Shown in pieces: positions 39,538-51,868 of a DNA stretch of 64,000 bases (position 1 is the first letter of the stretch; each line of letters opens with the position of its first letter). The notes beneath the pieces are model-generated. The model did no database searches. It was given only the letters and a program-made list of their open reading frames with translations, and was not told where the DNA came from. This DNA is from Octopus vulgaris (lineage: Eukaryota). The stretch is from contig OX597818.1 of NCBI GenBank assembly GCA_951406725.2, positions 113,336,001 through 113,400,000 on the forward strand. Reading direction: 5' to 3'. Both the position numbers and the translations under genes were made by a program.

Positions 39538-39917
39538 ATGTGTATATATATATATATATGTATGCATATGTATGTATATATATATACGTATATATGTATG
39601 TATACATGTGTGTATATATATATATGTATGTATATATATATGTATGTATGTATATGCATATATATATATATATATGTGTGTATCTATATATATGTATATA
39701 TACAAATACATATGTATATGCATATGGTGTAAGTGGAGAAAGAGCACACACGAAAACGAAGACAATTTACATGAGTTAAACCGTCCCGAAATGCACGAAT
39801 GTGTTCAGTGACTGCGCTTTTCAGCGGCTCGTTGTAAATACGTGGTGACAGTGCTAAACATTGATGTATATAAATACAAAATTGTTACTAGTATAAATAA
39901 GCTTGAGGCAAAATCGA

Positions 39918-40340
39918 TGCCGGAAAAAAAGGCATTCACTGTATTTTGTGATGGAGAAAATTTCTTGCTGCAGACAGAAAGGTGTAAACACACTGAGCCA
40001 GTGTGCAGCGCCCTCTCAAAAGTCTGTTGGATGCATGTGTGTCAGCATCCTCTTCAGCAACAGAGACCACAAAGGCAAAACACTGAATAATGTAACCAGT
40101 CAATCAACGATGATGAGAATATGATTAGAGGGACTTGTGTCCCGTGTCTTTCCGGTCTCTGTTACTGTGAAGGAATTAACCACTCCGAAAAGCGTACATC
40201 CAACAATTAGGTTAGGGTGCGCAGCAAACCCGATTCGGTGTGCTTATCACCTTTCTGTCAACTGCGAGAAATTTTCTTTGTGAGACATTAAGTGGATGGC
40301 TGTCTTACAAGCTCGAACATGTTTTAAGCATATTTGAAAT
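39918..40340 (+). pseudogene. Possible decayed CGGBP1-like/hAT-type transposase N-terminus
   Basis: MPEKKAF…DGENF…C..VC…HVCQH…DHK, then DLC..F…HPTIR…QLRE in shifted frames; weak resemblance only. Confidence 0.28.
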
Positions 40341-41479
40341 TGTAACAAAACAAGACCAGATAGAAGAGGAGACACGAAGAACAGCTAATGAATGAAAAGG
40401 ACACAGAATGCGAGAGAAAGAACTCTGATAAACTAAAAACAATAATAAAAAAACTAAAGTGAAGACCAAATAAACAGTGCGTGTGTTTATTAACAAAATA
40501 ACCGCCCCCAAATATAATAATATCTGTTTCTACATACAATTTCATATCAAGAGTCTTGCAAAGCAAATACGTAAGGGTAAGTATACTTTATTGTTATTTC
40601 AAAAACCTTATTTGTTTAAAAATTCAAATAGGCATCTCCTCGGCTCAAATTTCTGGATCGAATTACTCACTACATTAAGGAATTCTTTTGAAACAAAGTT
40701 CAAGTATGTTTCGTAATTCGAAATAACATAGGAAACCTGAATATAATAGAATTTGGGAACTATCTGTTTACCACATGGTGCACTTTAATGAGATAATATT
40801 TAAAAGAGAAAGATACTTTTGTTTTGATAGAATAGAGAAAAGATGTAATTTATATACTGCTTTTCATCGAAACTTCAATACATGCATGAAAGAAAAAAAA
40901 AAAAACAAAAAGAGGAAATCTAGAATATAGAAAGCACTCCATTACAATGTAGAATAGCGTAATGAACATCAAAATGGTGCTGCTACACAAAGAAAAATTT
41001 TTAAATCTATCATTATAATATTCAATAGCTTTATATTCATAGTTTTTTATGTATTTCAGGCGCTGTAAACAACGAGGAAATAAACATTTTGTATATATAC
41101 CCTTTCTCTTTATCTATGGAATGAAACTATAATTCTATTAAAGAACTGGTGCTAAATATTCTATAATGTGAAACACAATGCCATATTTTAACAGCAACAA
41201 ATAAGCAAAGTGTAAACAACATTATTGAATGTTAAAATGTCTCCGCATTGACTAGCGATTAGTTTGAATCAATGTCTACTTTCATTGTGAAAGATATTAG
41301 TCCAAAACGGGTTAAGAAAGGAACCTCTAGACAGACGATAAACATGCTAGAAATATCAGTCAAATGTTTGTAAAACGAATCAATACTATATTAGAGATGT
41401 ATAGAAAATATATGACCCCAAAATTCTTGTTTGTTTGTAACTGAAATCCTTGAATATAACTATATTTAACTTGTAATGT

Positions 41480-41680
41480 GGCATAATTAGTAAGCCCTTC
41501 TGCAAAATGCCTTCCAGCCGGCTTAACGTTTTGAGTTTAAATCCCTTCAGGTTGACTTTGCTTTTCCTCCTTTTGCAGTCGATAAAATGAACCCCAGGAG
41601 AATACTGGGGTGAAGTGATTGACTTAATACACTACCACCACCCCGAAATTGCTGGCCTTATCCCAAAATTTGAAATCAAT
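41480..41680 (+). mobile_element. Degenerate family A SINE
   Basis: gagtttaaatccc..ggttgactttgcttttcctcc…gtcgataaaa…aaatttgaaatcaat. Confidence 0.7.
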
Positions 41681-42187
41681 ATATATTTCCTGCCACATCT
41701 TACGAATACAATGCATCTCATGGCAATCGAACTTCCCTATCCTTTTTTTTTTGTTGTTTTTTAACAAACCCACCTTGTCAGTAATTGATTTCAACGGAGT
41801 TCGCTGCGCTGCTGTGATTCAGTCTGAGCAATGTATGAACAGAACAACCTACAAAAGTTTCTTTTCTACTCTAGACACAAGGCCCGAAATTTCGGATGGC
41901 TGGAGGGGGGGGTATTTCAATAGCTATATGTGCAGCAATGGAAACTGCATTTAGTGACTGATGCTGGTTCCGCAATAAATTTTGCAGTTATTTTTAAAGT
42001 TGAGACAAAAAAGAGAATTGTTCATTACAGATAATGGTGTTTCGTCCATCAAATTTCGTCCATCAAATTTTCGTCCATCAAATTTCACTCTGAGAACAGA
42101 TGGCAGAAGTCATCTGTCGAAACATACTTGCGTAGCGAATCGAACACGAACCATACATATCTGTATGTGACGAGCAATATATATTAC

Positions 42188-42326
42188 AGTTCTATATTTA
42201 AGATATGAGGAATTATATACATTATTTACATTATTTACATTTGATTTATATTTGTCTTCATCTTTTTTGTTAACAACAAACAAGATGGGTACAAATATCC
42301 GTCAAATGTAAGTTATGTAAATAATG
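42188..42326 (-). mobile_element. Collapsed palindromic copy of the hammerhead-bearing element at 63068-63280
   Basis: Reverse complement matches 63194-63280; the two arms meet at gttaac with the ribozyme loop missing. Confidence 0.8.
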
Positions 42327-42340
42327 AGCAATATATAAAC

Positions 42341-42532
42341 AATTGCAGTGTGGAAGGTGTTTATAAGCCATCTAAGAAACACACAACAACCGTTAGATTC
42401 ACTTCAACATTTAAATTTAATTTGCCAAAACATTTTCGTAGCTTTGAGATCACGACCTGTTCACTGACAAAATTCCGTGCTGCATCACGTGTGATTCTTA
42501 AATGGCTTATAAACACCTTCCACGCTGCAATT
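42341..42532. mobile_element. PLE-like fold-back stub, 44-bp inverted arms around a hammerhead-like spacer
   Basis: aattgcagtgtggaaggtgtttataagccat… / …atggcttataaacaccttccacgctgcaatt; followed after about 60 bp by (TA)n. Confidence 0.65.
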
Positions 42533-42594
42533 ATTTTCGTTCTCGCACATGATCTCAGATCAGGTCACTTGCTATGCAAGTACATCTCCGTATG

Positions 42595-42652
<58 letters not shown>

Positions 42653-43294
42653 TGTTCGAATTTACAATGGATTGATGAAGTACGATGAATTTAATTCAAA
42701 TTGCATTCAGATAAATATAGGGTTACCAGTTACTTATTACCCTAATCCTAACCCTAACCCTAATTTGGATCTGTAAGAAGGTCATTCACTGCAGTTCGTC
42801 ACGGAGATATATTCTCGCTGTATGCAAAATATTCTCGCTGTATACAAAAAGATGCAAACATATCGTAGTCAGTTAAAAGCAACTTCCATCCAAATGGATG
42901 GTTGCATGCATTTCGAAGTTGCCATCTTCTCATCGGCGTCGAACACTGGGAAGAGAGTCAACTTTGAACTGACTCGGATATTAAATTTCTCTGATTAGAA
43001 CGCAGGCAAAATAATTAGAAGCGCTTAACAGCGTAAGTAGTGATTGATATAAGTGTTCAAATATGTTTGATACATTCGAACCCGTGCTGTATTTCATTGA
43101 ACATCATTCGAACTGCATTGTATCATGCAAGTGGGGACAGCGTGCAGTTTATGAATCTCATAAAAATTCAATGCAAATCTGTCTCTGCAGGAGTTGACTG
43201 CATAACTTAAAGTGATATCAGTGTATATCCTGAAGCATCTCTCCAGCTGCTCTATTGTGTCTGCCAAGCCACAAATTTTAGAGTATTTGACGTG

Positions 43295-43710
43295 AAGGCT
43301 GCGAGCAAGCGGAATGTTAGCACGTTGAGCAAAGGGCAGAACGGATCTCGTTTCTCTTTACGTTCTGAGTTCAAATTCCGCTGCGGTCGAATTTGTCTTT
43401 CATCCTTTCGGGGTCGATAAAATAAGTACCAGTCGAGTGCTGGAATCAGCGTAATTGATTTAAGCCTTCCCTCTAAATTGTTGACGTAGTGCCAAATTTT
43501 GAAATCAATATTATGATTTAACATGAAGGCAGCGAGCTTGCAGAATCGTCATCAGGGCAAGCAAAATGCTTAGTGGAAGTTTGTTTGACTATACGGTCAG
43601 GGAGGTCGACCTCGCGATTCTCCCTTTTGGGGTCGTTAAAATAAATATGAGTTGTGTACCAGTCCTTCCAAATTGTTGGCCCTGCACCAAAATTTGAAAC
43701 CAATATTATG
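43295..43710 (+). mobile_element. Two tandem family A SINEs
   Basis: Heads at ~43295 and ~43526; conserved core in the first copy. Confidence 0.82.
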
Positions 43711-44271
43711 TTTTAACATGGAAATGTATTCCAAAATATGGGGGTGGGTTCTGCTTGATCAGAATTACACGAATACTTGATATATCTGTAGTTTATTCAC
43801 CCCGGAAGAAAGAGAAGCAACCAGTCCCTATATTCTTTGACTTTAACGCAAAACGGAACCCCAACTAAACAGTACCAAACATTCCTCAGACAGTACAGAT
43901 TATGCAAATTTACTGTCCATTGTGATATTTAATCTAATTTCTAACATGAGAAAATACAAAATTTTAGTGAGAGACTTTATAGTTCATATAATCGAGTTCA
44001 GTTAATTACTGATATTAAATATCGTCCTCTTTGGTGGATTTTGAAATCACGTATATTTGATAATGAGAGTAGTATGTATGGCCACACCAGGAAAGTAAGT
44101 GTTGTATATACGGCTGTATACACACGTGTTTTCAAATGAGTTAATATTTTCTATAACATACATATGTGTGTGGTGTACATGCATGTATATAACAGAAAAT
44201 ATAATCTATTGAAGATACATTCATGTGTGGTGTTTGCGCATCGATATAATATATATATATATATATGTATG

Positions 44272-44301
<30 letters not shown>

Positions 44302-44302
<1 letters not shown>

Positions 44303-44760
44303 TACCGATTTCATACATAAAGTTTGCAGGTTTAACTCTTCAATATATACGTGTCAAAAACTTCCCCGAAGAAACCTCAAGGTGACGACTCAAATAATAC
44401 TTTTTTTTCCTATCATATTCTCTGCTTCTTTTAAAGATTTCAGCGCTGCTCCGATGGAAGCGTTTTGCTTTGTCGTCGTTGTTATTTTTGATTTTCGTTT
44501 TTCCTTTTATATTTCCACACAATTGAATATCTTAGCATCTCCCAATAAGGATTTCTGATATTTCTCAAAGTGTTTTTCAATGTACTTTCAGAATATAGGA
44601 GTCGTTCTTCTTTTGATTTCCTCGCTCATTTTCTCTATGCAGTTCTTTGTGACAGTAGCAATCTGACATCCTCAGCTATTCTTGTTTCTTTCACGCCACA
44701 TCTATTTGTGTTTTCTTCGTTTTTCCTTATGCTTTTATTCTTCATTCCCCAGATAGATAG
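44302..44760. mobile_element. PLE-related fragment between (TA)n tracts
   Basis: 44416-44505 closely matches 38130-38215, which adjoins the GIY-YIG ORF. Confidence 0.55.
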
Positions 44761-44771
44761 CTACAAATATC

Positions 44772-44807
<36 letters not shown>

Positions 44808-45149
44808 TGAATATCCTTATGTGTACGTACGTGTGTGCTTGTGTGAGCTTGTGTGTGTACGTGTGTATGTTAAAATGTTTTCTTCAGTATGACACGTAAG
44901 ATTTTATTAACCTTAATATGTGCGCGTACGTTGTGTATATGTTTGTGTGACTTTATGTGTATAAGATATGTCTGTTTATGCATATATTTATATGTTCATG
45001 TGTGTGTGTGTAAACGCATTATATATGCTTAAACATACATATATAAGTATAAGTGTGTGTATGTAAATACACTGGCATACACGGCCGAACGTATACATGG
45101 CTCACATATACGAATGTTGAAGCGAAGGTGATACAAACTCGTGCACAAG

Positions 45150-45330
45150 TTTGTCACTAACTGGCATAGATCGTTCGAATTACACACGCCACTCTGCAAA
45201 CAAACTACTTCACATGGGTTCTATCACAAACGATACGTTTTCCCCATCGTTGAACCAACTCTCGAATAACCTTTGAAAAAATCCAGGTGTTCAGTGTTGC
45301 TTCATAAGTGCTTCTACCAACATTTTTCAT
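45150..45330 (-). mobile_element. Mariner transposase C-terminal remnant
   Basis: Minus strand with frameshifts: FFQR.IRELVQRWGKRIVCDRTHVK*, resembling the mariner GI..LV.RW.KCI..DG.YVE end. Confidence 0.5.
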
Positions 45331-45376
45331 GAAATGTTTGTCCCCAAAGACTGTTCTTTATTGAATCGAATATATG

Positions 45377-45700
45377 ATGGCGCGTGGAGTAGTGTTCACT
45401 GTGTTCGGCTCATGATCGTGAAGTAGTCAGTTCGGTTCCCGGCAGTATGTTGTGTCCTTGAGCAAGACACTTTATTTCGCGTTGATCGAGCCCACTCACC
45501 TGCCAAAAATGAGTTGTACCTCTACTTGAAAACGGCCAACAAGATTACATTTTGTGCCATGTTGTGTCTCTCAGAGAAGTATGTTAAGGGTACGCGTGTC
45601 TGTGGAGTGCTCAGCCACTTGCACGTAAATTTCACGAGCAAGTTGTTCTGTTGATGGAACCCTCACATGGAACCCTCGTCAGACCATTATGGAGGGTATC
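45377..45700 (+). mobile_element. tRNA-derived SINE, family D (diverged)
   Basis: A-box-like tggagtagtg, B-box-like agttcggttccc, then ttgtgtccttgagcaagacacttta. Confidence 0.65.
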
Positions 45701-45875
45701 TGAACCAGACCAGTTGGAAGGTATTTGCACGAACTTTTCGATACCCAAAGTCTACTACCATCTTGCACGTAAATTTCACGAGCAAGTTGTTCTGTTGATG
45801 GAACCCTCACATGGAACCCTCGTCAGACCATTATGGAGGGTATCTGAACCAGACCAGCTGGAGGGTATCTGAACC
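45618..45875. repeat. Tandem duplication (~105 bp) with a 42-nt templated insert
   Basis: 45618-45724 is repeated from 45762; insert 45723-45764 is identical to 46287-46328. Confidence 0.93.
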
Positions 45876-46768
45876 GGGGCATTCTGTCATTGAGTGGGTG
45901 TGGGAAGACAATGGAATAAACCAATTTGCAGAATGCCTTGTTTGTTTTAGAAAGGAATATGTGACTATGTGTATCTGAGGTTACAGTCAAACATGTCTCT
46001 AACTATCAAGGAATATTGCAACCTTACAATCGCTCGATAAACTACTGCCATCATTTTCTATACCAATTGTTGGTTCTTCAAATTCTTAGGTATTGCTGAA
46101 GAGGTGTGATGTCTTTCCATGGTTTGAGTTTCCATGATTTAAGTTTCACGTCCACCTTTCATCAGCTGTCAGCCGGCCGGGAAAACCTATGTTTCTATAA
46201 GCGTCAAACGTTTGCAGTACACCAGAGCTGATTTCCACACCATACTTACCTTTAAATCAAGTATCAGCCGCCGATGTACTTTTTCGATTTGCACGAACTT
46301 TTCGATACCCAAAGTCTACTACCATCTTCTCAAATGCGTTGTGTCCATAGCAAGCTCGCCATTTGTGAACTCTCGACCCTTGCGAATCACTAAGTCTTCT
46401 CGCTGGCTTGTTGTGCCATAGGAAAGTCGCAGTTGATCGTCTCCTACTACATGGTTCGTCTTCAATTTTTGTTTCCCCTATTTTGACTTCTTCATCTGTG
46501 CCCATTTCTTCTCTCAGTTGTGTCATTTCTATAAACAGCCTGTAGACTCATTCCGCACTCAGAAATGCTGAACCTCTCCTTATTCATCAGACTCATGTCG
46601 GATCTTTGCTTCTGTTTGAAACCTATTATTTATCTGCTCTGAAGAAGAATACGAAGAAGAGTTAAAAGAAAAAAAGGTAATCTACTTAACTATGCGTTTT
46701 GAACGACATATGTCAGTAAATTTAACAGTTATGCTCTCTATTACATTACTTTCAAGGGCAGTCTTGAA

Positions 46769-46808
<40 letters not shown>

Positions 46809-46811
<3 letters not shown>

Positions 46812-47190
46812 CGCAGGGGTAAGAAGCTCCTCCTAATCACATGGTTCCGGGTGCAGTCCCACTGCGTGGCACCTTGAGCAAGTGTCTTCTACTGTACCCT
46901 CGGGTCGACAAAAGCCTTGTCAGTGAATTTAATACACGGAAACTGAAAAAAGCTCGTTGTATATATGTGTGTGTGTGTGCGCATTTCTGTTTGTGCGTCT
47001 GTGTTTGTCCCTCCAAAATCACTTGACAACCGATGCTGGTGTGTTTATGTCCACGTAGCGTAGCAGTTCTGCAAAAGAGACCGATATAGGCTTATAAAAA
47101 ATGTCCTGGGTTCGATTTGCTCAACTAAAGGCGATGCCCCAGCATGGCTGCAGCCAAATGTCTGAAACAAGTAAAAGAATAAAAGAATAC
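46809..47190 (+). mobile_element. Family B SINE
   Basis: Head, ccttgagcaagtgtcttct, TG tract, tail cagcatggctgcag. Confidence 0.88.
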
Positions 47191-47302
47191 ATGCATATAT
47201 ATATATAGAAAAACAGGTAACGACTGATCAAGGGTCGTTCTTTTTCGTTGTTTGTCGTTTTCCATTTGTGGGTTTTTCGTTGTTCAAAAAAATAGTTCAT
47301 AT

Positions 47303-47357
<55 letters not shown>

Positions 47358-47421
47358 AGATGTAAGTATATACATATACGTATGTATATATGCATCTATA
47401 TATATATTATTTATTTATATT

Positions 47422-47456
<35 letters not shown>

Positions 47457-47771
47457 TATAGATAGATAGATAGATATCCAAGAGTTACGGAATGGATTAG
47501 GTAAGATCCAGGCTACGTATGTTTGTTAGCGAGCGGAACCGCAGAAATGGTAAAACTGTAAGCGAGGTGAAATATGAAAAGAACTTATACAGCTTATTGT
47601 ACTTCGATAAGAAAAAAAATCCGCAACCTACCGTCTCAATAAACCACTGTTGTCCCTGTAAGTTGTTTTTTATATTTAATACGGATTGCTTGAAGCTAAC
47701 TTTCTTCCTACACCTCGATCCCTGGATCTTACATCTAAATATATATGTGTATGTGTGTGTGTGTGTGTGTA

Positions 47772-47803
<32 letters not shown>

Positions 47804-48302
47804 TGTGTGTGTGCGCGTGTATGTGTGTGTGTGTATTTTATCCAATCTTCCTCGAGCAGTTCTTCACTTTCTAAACGCACTATCTGAAACGATATTTTAC
47901 TCTGTCAATGAAGGCCGGAGGTCATTTGTGAATGTTTGCGAAAGCTATCGCTTCTTTTAAGTTTTGCTGCTGTCTTCATTCTTTAGCGTCTAACATAGAT
48001 TCACTTTTATTCCGCATGTGTATCCACGTGAAATATGGGAACATGTCTGTTCCAGGTCGACATACTAGCGATAGTGGCTCCTAATTTCTTTCAAATCGTA
48101 TCACAACGTCTTTAAATATATCACAACAATGTAATATACAATACATAAAATACAACATCTTCATGACTGTCTGATTAGGGCTGATCTGAAGAACTCCAAT
48201 AACAATATATATATATATGTATGTTTGTGTATGTATGTATGTATGTATGTATATATATATATATATATATATATCTAATATACATATATATATATATATA
48301 AT

Positions 48303-48338
<36 letters not shown>

Positions 48339-49747
48339 AAATCAAATTGCGATAAAATAAAAATAATTATAATCGCTGGTATTACTAACATATATATGTA
48401 TATATATGTATGTATATATATATAATATACATATATATAAATATATATGTATGTATAAATATATAAGTATGTATGTATCATTTTTTCGGAATGAGATAAA
48501 AAAAAACCAAGGCTGTGAAGATATTAGAACATTTATAAATAGGTCTTGTATCTTGGTCCTTGTTATTCTCTATGTCTTGTATGTTATTCATTCATTCTCG
48601 CAGCCTGGAAGGTAGTTGTGGATTCATAAGCAATGTGGATCACTTATTTTGGTATTGTTTGGTTTTCATAAGTAACCTAATTTCATTTGCAAAATGATTA
48701 AATATTGATGTCTTAGTTTTGATAGGTTCTCTGGGTGTGTATGTGTTTGTGTCTTTGTTTGTTTGTGTGTGTGTGTGTGTGTGATCACAAGACAAACTGC
48801 TACGCGGGAACTGTCAACTTAATCGTATTCCTCATCAATCACCATCCTCATGTTCAGCTCAACACGCAAACCGATCTGAAATCAATTTAGTTGACCCTCA
48901 TTCAATTTGAAATGTTCGCGTGTAACCGTCGCTGTCTTACTGAGAAAATTGAGAGGAGACATGTCGTATATTTGTGTAATTGAGCCATGGATAAATTCAA
49001 TTTACTTTCCGGATCTATTTTTCACAAATTAAAAGGAACTAATTAAAGATAAAGTAGCAACTATAAAATGACTTCTACGCGCTGGACTACAACAGAAACG
49101 ACTTTGATCTTATTTGTATGTAACCAATGCCTATAAAATGACAACAGATGTCAACGCTAATTATAGATAATGTAGTGTGTTAAACTTCTGACGCATAACA
49201 AATGGTACAATCATGTAACAAACCCGAGGCATTTTAACGGTCTGGGCGTAATTATGAAATGTGGTTATCCAAATTGAAAAGAGCAAGGACATGTTTAAGA
49301 AATAATTATCACCGTCTAGAACAAGAATGCTTGTTCTCGGATAAATTTTCATCTTTTCCGGCGAAAAATGCTCAGAACAAGATGTTATCGAAGAGGCTCT
49401 CAAACTGAAGCAATTAGGATTTGAGATATGCGCATACAAATAATAATTAGAACACTACATATGATAAAATAATATGAAAAATAACAGGACCCAAAGCAAT
49501 TCTTATAAACTTGCGAAGGCCAAAACCTAGCACTATGAGATTGTTATGGCAAATTTCAATTCCAGGCAATTACCGCCTTTAACACCGTCTTAAATAGTGT
49601 GGTCCAAGAAATTATATCACTTCTTACTGGTTAAACGACGAAGTTCACAAAAATGCGACGGGTGACCCTTGTAACTTTCGCTGGTAATCTATGAATCGTG
49701 CTCTAATATACTAACCAACGGGGTAAGTGTACATTATAATAAAGGAA

Positions 49748-50051
49748 GTGGTGGCACATGACCTAGTGGTCAGAGCAGCGGACTCGCGGTCGAGGGATCG
49801 CGGGTTCGAATCTCAGACCGGGCGATGTGAGTGTTTATAAGCGAAACACCTAAGCTCCACGCGGCTCCAGCAGAAGGTAATGGCGAACTTCTGCTGACTC
49901 TTTCGCCACAACTTTCACTCTTTCCTCCTGCATCTTGCAGCTCACCTGCGATGGACCGGCGTCCCGTCTAGGTGGGGAACCTATACGCCAAGGAAACCGG
50001 GAAACCGGCCCCATGAGCCAGGCGTGGCTCGAGAAGGAACAAACAACAACA
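49748..50051 (+). mobile_element. Young tRNA-derived SINE with V-domain-like core, (CAA)n tail and 12-bp TSD
   Basis: A box tgacctagtgg, B box ggttcgaatc, cctgcgatggaccggcgtcccgtctagg…ggaaaccgg; ataataaaggaa at 49736-49747 and 50052-50063; CpG-rich. Confidence 0.88.
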
Positions 50052-50657
50052 ATAATAAAGGAATGTAATTCTTAAACAGCAGTAAGTCTGTCACGATCCG
50101 AAAAAAGAATCTGCTGCGATCGAGTTATTAAAACATTTACTTCGATCCTATACGCAGGCTTGTTATAACTACTAGAAGCACACCAATACGATGGCATAAA
50201 GAACTAACATTCTGACTGTACACTCCAGTCACATGGGATTTTGCACCTCCAGTCTTTATATCATCCAATGCATGCCACCATTAATTTTGCTCCTCGGAAA
50301 GTCCATTTATGGATTTTTCGATTATATATTGCATGGAGAAAGAACCAGATACATTCACCAGCTTCCTTCAGTGAGGCTAATTTTCCCAGTTTTAAGGTGG
50401 TCCTTAATTTTATCATTAAATTTGTCAAGGTTATTAAGATAGTATTAAAAACATAACGGAAAAGATAGCATTGGAGCAGTTCATTTGACTTCAATAGAAA
50501 TGAGACTCCTGCACAAACAGGGGTTGCTGTGTGTGTGTGCAGTACTGTCCTTTTGCTGGAGAACTTTGTTTGTATATATATATATATATATATATATATT
50601 TCATTTTTGGATTTGGTTTGCAAGATTCCTTATATGAGTTCGTGTGTTGAAGCATAA

Positions 50658-50888
50658 TCTGTTGTGTCTGGGGAGAGTCATTTTCTTTTTGTGTCTTATT
50701 ATGTAACACACTCACCGGTAAACTTTCCACTTGTTTCTCATTTTTATTTTCCTAAAATATTCGTTGCGTCTTGCAACCTTTTCAATAGCTCTGATTCAAT
50801 GAAAATAAGAAAAAAGTGGAAATTTTACCGATGGGTGTGTTACATAATAAATCACAAAAAGAAAATGACTCTCCCCAGACACAGCAGA
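50658..50888. mobile_element. PLE-like fold-back stub, ~87-bp inverted arms, hammerhead-like spacer, between (TA)n tracts
   Basis: tctgttgtgtctggggagagtcattttc… / …gaaaatgactctccccagacacagcaga; the spacer on the minus strand reads UUGAAAAG GUUGC aagac GCAAC GAA. Confidence 0.75.
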
Positions 50889-51052
50889 ATATATATATAT
50901 TGTGTGTGTTTTGCTTTAGTCTGTTGCGTCTTTACGCTTCTTGCGTTTCACAAGTGCTTTATCTGTTACATCACTTCAGTGTTCCGTCCGTGTTTTTGTT
51001 TGGAGGCTGTGCAATGTCACTATGTTATCATGTAATATTTTTGAATGATGAT

Positions 51053-51868
51053 AAGGCGGTAAGGGGGCAGAATCTTTAGCATGCTTGGCAGCATTTCGTC
51101 CGGCTCTATGGTCTGAGATCATATGCCATCAATGACGATTTATATCCTTTCGGGGTGGATAAAATAAGTAACAGATGAGCCCTCGGGTCGATGTAATCTA
51201 CTTCCACCTTCCCCGCGAAATTGCTAGTTTTTTATCAAAAATTTGAAGCCATTATTTTCGTAGATAATGGTTGTTTTCTGCGTGATTTAAATAGATTCTG
51301 CTATATTATATAATGGCATCTCATAATTTTGTTTACAGCTCTGTGATGCTTGTGTTATATTATTAGTCAGCAGGTTTGTACATAAGGCAGCGATTCAATT
51401 TTTAATTGTATATAAGTCGTGTTAATGTGTTACTGTTCGCCGATGTAGCATAAACGTTGTGTTGTAATGCTTGGTGGCGAGTGAATACGTTTTGTGAGTG
51501 TCGTCCCACTGCGTGATTCGTGTAGGCTGTACAAGCTGCAGACAGAAAGGTAGACATAAACTCTACTGCCTGATTCGTTCTCCCAGACCGATATCTTAAG
51601 AAGACATGCTGAGTCGTCTCAAAGAATATTAAAAATAAGACTGCGTCAGGTGGCGAGCTGGCAGAACCGTTAACACGTTGGACAAAATATTTAAAAGCGT
51701 TTCGTTCGTTTTCACTTTCTGAGTTCAAATTCCGCCTAGGTCGACTTAGGCGTTACATTCTTTTCAGGTTGATAAAATAATTACCAGTCAAGCACTGGGA
51801 TTGATGTAATCGACTTAGAACCCTCCCTCAAAATTGCGGGCCTTGTGCCAAAATTTGAAACCATTAAT
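51053..51868 (+). mobile_element. Two separate family A SINE copies (51053-51255, 51648-51868)
   Basis: Conserved head, core and aaatttgaaacc tail. Confidence 0.8.

Noticed and set aside
40520-41100. Plus-strand gene from isolated splice-like sites (AGG|gtaagt at ~40577, tttcag| at ~41059)
   Set aside because: No substantial coding frame links them; such sites are expected by chance.
42740-42763. True telomere
   Set aside because: Only about four imperfect units, internal to the window.
49748-49825. tRNA genes at SINE heads (also 45377, 5592, 16100)
   Set aside because: A/B boxes continue into SINE bodies, several with tails and TSDs; no complete cloverleaf.
50200-50400. Fibronectin type III-like peptide on the minus strand
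   Set aside because: Interrupted by stops, no splice sites, resemblance too weak.
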